Origin: Candidatus Latescibacterota bacterium
Lineage (GTDB): Bacteria > Latescibacterota > UBA2968 > UBA8231
DNA length: 64,000 bases
Reading direction: 5' to 3'
Assembly (NCBI GenBank): GCA_965261395.1
Contig: OZ253462.1
Span: forward strand, 96,001-160,000
Shown: one piece after another, positions 43,301 through 50,937 of the stretch
How the letters are laid out: every line of letters begins with the position of its first letter
Numbering within the stretch: the stretch's first letter is position 1
Position numbers and translations under genes: made by a program
Notes under the pieces: model-generated
Seen by the model: only the letters and a program-made list of their open reading frames with translations
Told to the model about the DNA's origin: nothing
Databases searched by the model: none

Positions 43301-45600
43301 GCGGTGTAATCTACATCGCGGACGGCCGGCATAGCGCCGTCTGTGGCATTACCAATCGTGAAGCTGATCGTCCCGGCAACCGGAGCGGCTTCCGCCAAGG
43401 TAGCTGTAATCGAGATCACAGTCGTCTCCCCGTTTTCGCGGATCGACGTCTGAGTCGCGCTCACACTAGCGACCATAGTCGTGGGTGCCGGTGCCGCATC
43501 AACCTCAATCTTGATAGGCAATGCCACGGCGGCACCATCGGTATCAAGCACCGTGTAGGTGATAGTGGTTACCTCTGTGACCGCCGTCGGCGTACCCGAA
43601 ATCATCTGCGTAGCCGCGTCAAATAACAGGCCAGCAGGCAGGGCCGAGACGCTGTACAACTTATCGTCATCGGTACCACCCATAGCAGCAGGCAGTTCCA
43701 AAGGATCAATCGCCTTGCCAGCAACATAAGTCCAGACCGTGGCCCCCAGATCAACATCAGATTCAAAGGCCAGTGCGCCCGGATCGGCAGGCTCTGTCCC
43801 AGCCGGAGCATCTTTCAGCGTTATCGCTACCGCTTTAGCGTTGACTGCCACCCCATCTTCATTCTTCGTGGGGCTTGCCAACTGCGTCACGAAGAGCTTC
43901 GCATCCCCACCTTTCAAAGCGGTGATGGAGATCGACGTCGAACCACTTATCTTACCAGCCGAAATTGTCAGAGAACGAAGGACTGCGTCAAAGTCTATAT
44001 CGCGCTGCGCGTTTGCTGTACCAGCCACGTTTGCTGCAGTAGCATCAAATACAGTCGTTTTGGCAGCAAGGACCAAGACCACGGTCACATCCTCCTCAAA
44101 CCTCTTGCCGTTTATGGTTCCAGTGACCATGATCTCCTCACTCGTGCCCGCCGTTACCTCATCTGTATCCACTTCCAGCATTATCATATCGGTCGGCGTC
44201 TCGTCGTCGGAGATCGTTATTGTTCCTTTCGTAGAGGGTGCTCCGGTGACGGTAGCCACCACTACGAAGCTTTTATTTACATTCGGCCCATCGTTGTCGA
44301 GGACGGTAAGCGTGAGGGTCGCCGTCCCCTCTTTCGAGCCTGCGGGAATTGTGAGAGCACTGAACCCCGCTCTGTAATCCACATCGCGCTTGGCCGCTTC
44401 GTCCTCCATTGGGTCCTCGATCGTAAACGACACCTGCGCGGACTCCGACAACTCGTTTTTCAACGTAACGACCAAGTCAATCACCACCTCACCAGCGTCC
44501 TCGCGTACTGAGGGAAGAGACGGCTTCACCCCGTCAGGAGCTGCCTTTTTGGTGGCATCTATGAGGATGGGATCCCCAGAGGTAACCGTAAGTGCAATTC
44601 GACGGTTACGTGTCGCGCCTATTTTTACACCGTTAACCGCCGTGTCAAGATAGTCACCATCTCGGTTATAGTCGACCAGACCAGGTACACCAGCTATTAC
44701 TGGTGCGGTTTCATTCAGGGCATCCCGGATGGTTAAGTCCTCATTTGCAGCCCCATCCGTGGCCATGATTACGTATGCAACGATCCCGTACACCTGGACA
44801 CCCGTCGCAGCCTCACCCTCAGCCATGTTCATGTCCGTCGTCGTCAGCGCTATACCACCAGCCTTTTTGTTCAAGGGCGTGATCTCAATCTTCGCCGTTC
44901 CCGACGGGTCGCCTTTTCGGATTACTATTGGGACCCCGTCCCCTTTCCAATCCCGATCGCGTACCGCTCTATCCTCATCCGGGGGGTTTGCAGGATCAAA
45001 GAGCAAGGCAAACCTCAAGTTCTCTTTCAGCGTCGCTCCATCCAAGGTCGCTGTCACGGTGACAGCAGTCCGATCACCATCTTGGTTTATCATGGCCCCA
45101 CCATACGTGAGCTCAATACCCTCGCTTACCCCATCGTCATCGACCAGCGTAATCATCGCGTCGGTGTTAGTGATGGTGTAACCGTTGACGCCGGCGGTAA
45201 GTGTGTCAGGAAGAGTGGATTCAATCGTGATCACCAGATCATCACCGTCGTCGTCCATATTCTGGATGGGAGTTAGGGTGATCGTCAGCTTCGCCTCCTC
45301 CGTATCCTTCGGGATTATGATAGTGGGCAAATCCATATAGAAGCGACTATTGAGCGCACCGAGCGCATCATCATCAAGAGTCAAGCCCACATACGTAGGA
45401 TTATCCGGATCCTTAGTAGCGCGTTTGGCTGTAACGACTATCTCGGTGGCACCGCCATCTTCGCGCACCTTCATCTTGTCCACCGATAAGGTGATCCGTG
45501 TCTGTGCCTGCGCTTCCCCGGCCCAACCCAGCACCAAACCAAACGCCAGCAACCAAGGCACGTAGGCCAAGCGCCGGATTAACAACTTCGTGTGTATCAT
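40357..45600 (-). CDS. 1747-aa acidic secreted surface protein (Calx-beta-like and putative-Ig repeats, dockerin-like EF-hand pair, cohesin-like domain, T9SS/FlgD-type CTD); S-layer/adhesin candidate
   Basis: Signal peptide ending AQA-Q; repeated A.RD.DY.A...I..G / TI.DDE units; three LPAGL.FD...T.SG units; IGFDDFFIFADSFG...IDFDDFFVFADNFG; GEDFVLDVRV...GYGLQVQYETDKLEF; NYPNPFNP...KMLLLK; RBS GGAGGT. Confidence 0.85.
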   Translation of the reverse strand: MIHTKLLIRRLAYVPWLLAFGLVLGWAGEAQAQTRITLSVDKMKVREDGGATEIVVTAKRATKDPDNPTYVGLTLDDDALGALNSRFYMDLPTIIIPKDTEEAKLTITLTPIQNMDDDGDDLVITIESTLPDTLTAGVNGYTITNTDAMITLVDDDGVSEGIELTYGGAMINQDGDRTAVTVTATLDGATLKENLRFALLFDPANPPDEDRAVRDRDWKGDGVPIVIRKGDPSGTAKIEITPLNKKAGGIALTTTDMNMAEGEAATGVQVYGIVAYVIMATDGAANEDLTIRDALNETAPVIAGVPGLVDYNRDGDYLDTAVNGVKIGATRNRRIALTVTSGDPILIDATKKAAPDGVKPSLPSVREDAGEVVIDLVVTLKNELSESAQVSFTIEDPMEDEAAKRDVDYRAGFSALTIPAGSKEGTATLTLTVLDNDGPNVNKSFVVVATVTGAPSTKGTITISDDETPTDMIMLEVDTDEVTAGTSEEIMVTGTINGKRFEEDVTVVLVLAAKTTVFDATAANVAGTANAQRDIDFDAVLRSLTISAGKISGSTSISITALKGGDAKLFVTQLASPTKNEDGVAVNAKAVAITLKDAPAGTEPADPGALAFESDVDLGATVWTYVAGKAIDPLELPAAMGGTDDDKLYSVSALPAGLLFDAATQMISGTPTAVTEVTTITYTVLDTDGAAVALPIKIEVDAAPAPTTMVASVSATQTSIRENGETTVISITATLAEAAPVAGTISFTIGNATDGAMPAVRDVDYTASLLGNIPIEAGATQASSTLTLTPINNDETDGNRSFGVHAAGSGGSASTNTTIADDETASTSISLSVSPHTVAEGDAATELTITATLDGKVLDDDATVTVTVDPASEAMRDSDYRMLFHPTLTIVAGAISGSINGLISPLADDADENSESITLNGVIEGLENGTGTLIITDIAAMDDDMMMDHLAFAEGMMIDDVGVTKGSPMSAVVLPVAAGGEGDIAYTVSELPAGLLFDAEARTLSGSTDVEGAAEVTYTATAGDESVSLTFTITVNPPLTFGDFLGLFTSGAGKANPAQENVDGVLQIVVGQPYSLTLPAVEGGTPPYSYSLTGLPAGLSFDPDTRTVSGSPTTLSETVAVTYTVTDGSGASRSLPILVAVVEPPLDAPDALVAEDYKGADGAGDQGGFVLLTWDLSEHHDGIDGYRIFRELPVLGNEMVPWAMVDAVPGVQIGRAVVATLDNVATNWGIAAELGGQTTHSAAKAVFVNAENPYELMAETMTASRDAAQAGDAPVFASLLPEAFAYAQGVAPKLNLVAGVLSSAITLTEEPVRATDDIAPLAVPSLSVLDAPNDAGSRILLTWALSPSDQLLQGVIAEAFGPTALEQVVGVHGYGIYRRAAGEDEFVSVAQVDAGITSFVDETALNGVRYTYQVRPYDLDNETGSDIEQTAMAVRNSVLDSEGRALFGLFGVDNRIGFDDFFIFADSFGLTAEDAGFDPAFDLAPNATIDFDDFFVFADNFGRSTAAAGKRVPMLAGLNADARMYLDARTVMPIVGEDFVLDVRVADFAAIKGYGLQVQYETDKLEFVEVLTDQPLSGSELATPQVLADQAGVLTVAAYGDVVSVGEVPLSLVFRAITEIENTVVEITDNQTYDSEFGFNRLALPAPVQLQTRPEAFALANNYPNPFNPATTIKYALPQAADVQLTVYNVVGQPVRMLVADHQSAGRYVVEWDATNNNGHSLASGMYFYRLQAGEEFLEIKKMLLLK

Positions 45601-45767
45601 TACTCAACCTCCCCAGGGAAAACGTCCCTGATTAAGAAAGTGATATAAGAAGAAGATGGATTTGCTCTAAACCCACTTAGATGTTGCATTCGTGCATTTT
45701 TCATAAGCCCCCTTTCGCGGCTTTTCCGTTCACAATGCATAGCGCATTATCCTATATAATAGAGTTA

Positions 45768-45796
45768 ATTATACCGAGAAAAAATAGAAGTGTCAA
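45768..45796 (-). promoter_or_regulatory. Perfect-consensus sigma70 promoter P1 of the giant surface protein
   Basis: TTGACA-cttctattttttctcgg(17)-TATAAT, about 160-nt leader to ATG at 45600. Confidence 0.9.
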
Positions 45797-45942
45797 GAAT
45801 TAATTACCCTTAAAAACCTTGGCCAAAACGCCTTATCCCCCCTGTGCCATCCCCTATTTTCCACGGCGCGGCCAACGCCAAACCACCCAGCCCGCCAAAA
45901 TCGGGCGCTAGTTCGCTCCTTTTTTCGCGTGACAAAGTCTTT

Positions 45943-45970
45943 AGTATAGGCCGATAACCCCGCCTGTCAA
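45943..45970 (-). promoter_or_regulatory. Second upstream promoter P2
   Basis: TTGACA-16 bp-TATACT. Confidence 0.65.
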
Positions 45971-46000
45971 GGCCATTATCGATGAAAGGTTTCCCGCCCA

Positions 46001-46507
46001 TCACTCCTCCGGCTCGTACGATTCAGCCGACTCGGCCACGCGGTCGCCCGCATCCGCGCGCTCCACTCGATAAGAAAGCCCTGCCCGAATCGTCTCCAGC
46101 ATCCCATTCATCCGCGCCTGTTCCTGCTCCAACCGCCCCAACCGCTCGGAAAGCCCATCCATCTTATGGTCCTGACGCACCGCCAGCCCATCTATCCTCT
46201 CGTCCTGACGCACCGCCAGCCCATCTATCCTCTCGTCCTGACGCACCGCCAGCCCATCTATCCTCTCGTCCATCCGCACCAACAGCCCATCTATCCTCTC
46301 GTCCATCCGCACCAACAGCGCATCCATCTTATCGTCCATCCGCGCCGAGAGCCCATCTATCCTCTTGTCCAACCGGTCTGAAAGCGCCCGCATATCGGCG
46401 CGAATACCCCGCGTCGTAGCCAGTATTAACCCCGCCAACGCGATGCTGACGCTCGCCAAAGCGATACCAACGCCTATAACAGTCCAATTTATCGCACCAC
46501 TATCCAT
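46001..46507 (-). CDS. Single-TM coiled-coil protein with 11-aa repeats
   Basis: MDSGAINWTVIGVGIALASVSIALAGLILA then (DERIDGLAVRQ)n; the ORF-track extension to 46774 overlaps the upstream gene. Confidence 0.8.
   Translation of the reverse strand: MDSGAINWTVIGVGIALASVSIALAGLILATTRGIRADMRALSDRLDKRIDGLSARMDDKMDALLVRMDERIDGLLVRMDERIDGLAVRQDERIDGLAVRQDERIDGLAVRQDHKMDGLSERLGRLEQEQARMNGMLETIRAGLSYRVERADAGDRVAESAESYEPEE
46139..46369. repeat. 33-bp tandem repeat, 7 units (3 identical), in-frame VNTR
   Basis: CTGACGCACCGCCAGCCCATCTATCCTCTCGTC at 46172, 46205 and 46238; degenerate copies at 46139, 46271, 46304 and 46337. Confidence 0.95.
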
Positions 46508-46563
46508 AGCAGACGCCCCTTCAAGGCCATCGTCGGCTAATATCACGCACCCCCATCCCTTTG

Positions 46564-49005
46564 TCAACCATCCCGCCGCCGCTGCCGCCACGCCCCCACC
46601 CCCACGCCCACCACCACCACCAACCCCAGCAAAGCCGCCACCCGCGCCCCAACCAACACCGGCGAAAAATAGCGCAACTCCACCTCGTGCTCCCCCCCCG
46701 GCAACGCCACCCCCTTCCATATATAGTTCACCCGCAGCAGCTCGGCCTCCTCCCCATCCACCCACACCGACCAATTCGATTGGTAATTCTCCGACACCAC
46801 CAGCACGCGCGGCCCCCCGCTGTGCGTCCGCAGGCGAATCAACCCGTCCTTTGGATCGTACGCCAGCCGCTCCACCCGGTCGCCGGCCCGCTCCCCCGCG
46901 CCATCGAGCCGCACCGCCGGCGCACTCTCCAACAACGCCAGCCGCTGCGGATCCACCCGCCCACTCAACAGCCGCGCCAACACCGCCTCGCCACTATCCA
47001 ACACCTCGGCTTGCGGTACCAAGTAAAACCACGGCAACGCCTGCGGATTTTCGTACAGCCGAAAGCGCGCCCCCTCAAAGCGCCGCGGATACGCCGCCAA
47101 ATTCAATTCTAGCGGTTTAGGCACCGCCAAATACTTCCCATTGAGCAAATTCAACAACGACTGAAACCCAGCCGACGGCGCACCCGTGCGCAGAAACTGC
47201 TGCACCAGCGGCTCAAACTCCTTCAGCATCCGGTCGTAGCGCCCCACCGTCAAATCGTGAAAGCCCGTGATGGACCAAACGCCGTGCAAGTGATAGCCCG
47301 GCTCCTCCAGCACCCGAAAACTCGGCAAAGGCAAGACGCGAAACAGCGACTCATCGCTTTGCAAAAACTGCACCGCGCGCAGATTCTCGCGGCGAATATC
47401 CGTGTACCGGCCTGGATCCCGATAGCTCAAATAAACCCGATCAACGCGCCACGTATCGAACAGCGTCACCACACACAAGCCCGCCACCAACACCGTCGCC
47501 GAAAGCTGGCCCCCCAGCCGCAAATAGAGCAACGCCAACCCCGCACCCAAAGCCACCACCACACACCAACCGCCGCGCGCAATCCAATCGTAGCTCCCAG
47601 CCAACACCGCCCGCTTCTGCGGCGCAATATCTTCGTACAACAAATTCACCCACGCATCGGTCGCCCCCTTGGGAAACAGCGCGACCAGCAGGGCGAACGC
47701 GGCGAGAATACCGCCGACATAGGCCAAGCGACTCCGCAACAACGCCCGCTCATCCGCGTCCGCATCCAACACCCGCTGCAACCCCAACCCGGCCAGCGCA
47801 CACCCGGCAAACGCAAACACAAACGACCCCATGCCAATGGCCCGCTGCACATCCGCCCCAAGCAGCAAGTGAAACGCCAGCCAGTGCACGGGCGTGTGCT
47901 CGCCCAGCACGTAGGCCAACGCCAGCACAAACACGCCCCCCAGCAGCGCCACTTGCGGCCGCCGCCTACACTCCGGCACCATCAGCAAAGCCAACAGCAC
48001 GGCGAGCGCGCCAAAGTACTCGGAATTAATCTTAAACGCATTGCGTCCCCAATAGCGCGAGCCACCCTCTACCAGCACGTCGTCATACCCACCGAACTCC
48101 GGCACCACCAGCGACGCCACTTCCTCGGGATGCAGCGACCAGCTCTGCGCATACGCGAGCTGTTCCTCCGCGGTCTTGCCGCCCACCTCGTCGCCCGTGG
48201 CCCGCTTGGACTCGGCGCGGGTGTAGAGCATCACCGGAAAAGCCCCCTCGGCTCCCAAGGCCAACCCCAGCACCACCGCGCCGATAAAATGCACCACGCG
48301 CCGGATCACGGCTCGCTCGCGGCGCATCTGGTACAGCTTAAATAGGAAATAGACGCCCAGACCCAGCAGCGCGAAGTACGTCATCGGCGGATGGGAATAG
48401 ATGCACGCGCCAATCAGCGCGCCGAGAGCCGCCCAATAGATCAGCCGCCCCTGCGCCAGAGCCTTTTCCAACGCCCAGATAATCCACGGGAACAGGGCGA
48501 TGACGCCCATCTTGGCATAGTGGCCAGCCAAGGGGAACGCCAAAAAGGTCGGCGCGGACATGAACGCTACTCCGCCCCACAGCGCGGCGCGACCGCCCAC
48601 GTGGATTTGGCGCAAGTACGCGTACATACCGAGGCCAGCGGCGAACATCGTCAGGATATAGCGCCAGCCGATATACCGCTGAAAGGTCGTAAAAAAATAC
48701 AAGACGTAGGCCGGGAAGTATTGGGGACGAATGGCCTCGGACTGGGGGAAGCCGCCCATCTTGGGATCCCACATCGGCTGCGCCACCGTCTGCACCTTGT
48801 CCCAAAAGCTCAGGGCCGTGCCCTTGTGGTAGTCCGTGCCCACGTCCATGCCAAAGACGATCTTGTCCGACAGGGGAAATTCGTAGAAGTACAGCAGGCT
48901 CAGGGCGAGGAAAAAGACCGGCGGGAACAAGCGGTGATTCCACAGGGGCGACCCAGCGGCCTTTGCCGGGGCTTGGGTTTTGGCGCGTTTGTTCTTTTTG
49001 ACCAT
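46564..49005 (-). CDS. YfhO-family multi-pass membrane protein (putative GT-C glycosyltransferase)
   Basis: PMWDPKMGGFP, many TMs, SWSLHPEE, ENPQALPW, LVVSENYQSNWSVWVDG...RVNY...GVALPGGEHEVELRY, terminal TM. Confidence 0.85.
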   Translation of the reverse strand: MVKKNKRAKTQAPAKAAGSPLWNHRLFPPVFFLALSLLYFYEFPLSDKIVFGMDVGTDYHKGTALSFWDKVQTVAQPMWDPKMGGFPQSEAIRPQYFPAYVLYFFTTFQRYIGWRYILTMFAAGLGMYAYLRQIHVGGRAALWGGVAFMSAPTFLAFPLAGHYAKMGVIALFPWIIWALEKALAQGRLIYWAALGALIGACIYSHPPMTYFALLGLGVYFLFKLYQMRRERAVIRRVVHFIGAVVLGLALGAEGAFPVMLYTRAESKRATGDEVGGKTAEEQLAYAQSWSLHPEEVASLVVPEFGGYDDVLVEGGSRYWGRNAFKINSEYFGALAVLLALLMVPECRRRPQVALLGGVFVLALAYVLGEHTPVHWLAFHLLLGADVQRAIGMGSFVFAFAGCALAGLGLQRVLDADADERALLRSRLAYVGGILAAFALLVALFPKGATDAWVNLLYEDIAPQKRAVLAGSYDWIARGGWCVVVALGAGLALLYLRLGGQLSATVLVAGLCVVTLFDTWRVDRVYLSYRDPGRYTDIRRENLRAVQFLQSDESLFRVLPLPSFRVLEEPGYHLHGVWSITGFHDLTVGRYDRMLKEFEPLVQQFLRTGAPSAGFQSLLNLLNGKYLAVPKPLELNLAAYPRRFEGARFRLYENPQALPWFYLVPQAEVLDSGEAVLARLLSGRVDPQRLALLESAPAVRLDGAGERAGDRVERLAYDPKDGLIRLRTHSGGPRVLVVSENYQSNWSVWVDGEEAELLRVNYIWKGVALPGGEHEVELRYFSPVLVGARVAALLGLVVVVGVGVGAWRQRRRDG

Positions 49006-49041
49006 GAACGATCTCCGTGGGGCAACCAGCAGTGGGTCCCT

Positions 49042-49204
49042 TAATACACGACCGTAATCCAATGGACGCATCGAGATACAAGATGCTTCGACTCCGCTTT
49101 GCTGCGCTCAGCATGACAGCATGGGACGTCAACACCTGTCATGCTGAGCGCAGCGAAGCATCTCATACCACTCCACTGTCCTGTACTTAGGGTCCGTCCT
49201 ATTA
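49042..49204. mobile_element. Palindromic MITE/REP-like element (~160 bp)
   Basis: Inner IR GCTGCGCTCAGCATGACAG / CTGTCATGCTGAGCGCAGC (19 bp perfect), extended by AGATGCTTC/GAAGCATCT; imperfect outer IR TAATACACGACCGTAA / TTAGGGTCCGTCCTATTA. Confidence 0.7.
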
Positions 49205-50323
49205 CCGTCCCCGTTTCATTTCCTCAACAGTCCGCAAATACACCTCCTCCAAATCCTCCGCCAACCGATCCCAACCAAACCGCCTCGCCCACGCACGGCC
49301 CGCCGCCCCCAAGGCCCGCCGCCTTGGGTCGTCAACAATCAGCGCTCGCATCCCAGCCGCCAAGGCATTCACATCGCCGGAGGGCACCAACACTCCGGTC
49401 TCGTCGTGGCGCACGGCATCGCGCAGGCCGTCGATGTTAGTCCCCAACACAGCCTTGCCAGCGGCGGCAGCTTCTACGGCCACCATGCACCAGCCCTCGT
49501 AGCGAGACGGGGAGCAGACCATGAGGGCGCGGCGCAAGAGTTCGCCTTTTTCCTCCTCTTCCACGCTCCCTATGATTTCCATCCGGCCTTCCAATCCCGC
49601 CCGCCGCGCCAAGCTCCGCACGCTAGCGAGTTGCTTAGGGGTGCCGCGTCCAGCCAGCTTGAGGCGGATATCCGGATGCTCGGGGGCCATCTGGGCAAAC
49701 GCGGCGATCAATAGGTCAATCCCCTTGGTGTGTATATCCATGCGACCAAAGTAGAGCAGATACGGGGCTTCCTCGGGGACCAGCGCGAAAAAACGGCGAT
49801 CAACGCCGCTATACACTATATCAACCTCCGCGTCACGCGCGCGCCGCTGAATGCGCGCTTGCACGCTAGGGGCAATCGTCAAAATCCGGCCATAGGCGCG
49901 CAGGGCGCGTTGCTCGCACAGCCACGCCACACCGCCCACCAGCGGATGCTTGACGAGGGCGTGCCGCCCCATGAAGTGATAAAACAGGAGCAAACCCTGC
50001 CGCCGCAGCGCGGCCGGGACGCGCAAGGGCGCGAAGGCCGAAAACTCATTGATCCACAAATCCCACTCCAGCCGCTGCAACTCGGCTACGGCCGCGCGGC
50101 AATAGCCCACACGGCTCAAGGCATAGCTGCGGGCCGAGCCAACGCGTAGCAGGCGCAGCCCGTGCCGTTCGGTCTCTGGCTCGGCTCCGGGGAAAAGGCC
50201 GCTAACCACGGTGATCTCATGGCGGCTGGACAGGCGGCGGTAGAGCTCCATCGCTCGCACTGCGCCGCCGCCGCCTAACCACGGGTTGGCAATATCATCG
50301 TACATCAGGTGGCAGATCTTCAT
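49202..50323 (-). CDS. Glycosyltransferase family 4
   Basis: NPWLGGGG, YFGRMDIHTKGID, PSRYEGWCMVAVEAAAAG (EX7E), ETGVLV. Confidence 0.92.
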   Translation of the reverse strand: MKICHLMYDDIANPWLGGGGAVRAMELYRRLSSRHEITVVSGLFPGAEPETERHGLRLLRVGSARSYALSRVGYCRAAVAELQRLEWDLWINEFSAFAPLRVPAALRRQGLLLFYHFMGRHALVKHPLVGGVAWLCEQRALRAYGRILTIAPSVQARIQRRARDAEVDIVYSGVDRRFFALVPEEAPYLLYFGRMDIHTKGIDLLIAAFAQMAPEHPDIRLKLAGRGTPKQLASVRSLARRAGLEGRMEIIGSVEEEEKGELLRRALMVCSPSRYEGWCMVAVEAAAAGKAVLGTNIDGLRDAVRHDETGVLVPSGDVNALAAGMRALIVDDPRRRALGAAGRAWARRFGWDRLAEDLEEVYLRTVEEMKRGR

Positions 50324-50340
50324 GGGCGAGTGCCCGCGTC

Positions 50341-50937
50341 TCAGAGCACACCCTTGGTCGAAGGAATGCCCTGGACCCGCTCGTTCCGCTGCGCAGCCAT
50401 CAGCAGGGCGCGGGCGAATGCCTTGAACAGGGCCTCAATACCGTGGTGGGCATTGTGTCCGCGCACGAGGTCGAGGTGCAGATTCATCCGGCCTTGATCG
50501 GCCACGGCGTAGAAAAACTCGCGCACCAAGGACACATCTAGCGCGCCGACCCGCTCCTCATTGAAGGCCGCGGCAAAAACCAGATAGGCTCGGCCCGACA
50601 AATCCACCACCGCCCGCGCCAGCGCTTCGTCCATGGGCACGTAGCTGTGACCGTAGCGTTGGATGCCAGCTTTGTCGCCCAAGGCTTGGCCGATGGCTTG
50701 GCCGAGGCAGATCCCTACGTCTTCCACGGTGTGGTGGGCATCCACGTGCAGGTCTCCTCGGCATTGGACTTCTAGATCGCACAGACCGTGCCGGGCCAAG
50801 GCGTGAAGCATGTGATCGAAAAAGCCGAGGCCAGTGTCAACGCGGCACTGGCCGCTGCCGTCGAGGCCTAGCTGCAACTCGATCTCGGTCTCGGTCGTCT
50901 GGCGCACAATCCGCGCCGTGCGTTGCTCTGCGCTCAT
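50341..50937 (-). CDS. hisB: Imidazoleglycerol-phosphate dehydratase
   Basis: RQTTET, FFDHML, GDLHVDAHHTVED, PMDEAL, NAHHGIEALFKA, PSTKGVL. Confidence 0.97.
   Translation of the reverse strand: MSAEQRTARIVRQTTETEIELQLGLDGSGQCRVDTGLGFFDHMLHALARHGLCDLEVQCRGDLHVDAHHTVEDVGICLGQAIGQALGDKAGIQRYGHSYVPMDEALARAVVDLSGRAYLVFAAAFNEERVGALDVSLVREFFYAVADQGRMNLHLDLVRGHNAHHGIEALFKAFARALLMAAQRNERVQGIPSTKGVL

Noticed and set aside
46139-46369. 33-bp repeats as a CRISPR array
   Set aside because: Units are contiguous with no unique spacers, stay in frame within a coding region, and no cas genes are present.
46365-47120. Pro-rich 251-aa plus-strand ORF and the Gly-rich extension of ORF 46001..46774
   Set aside because: By-products of the extreme C-rich skew; they overlap the YfhO gene antisense or out of frame.
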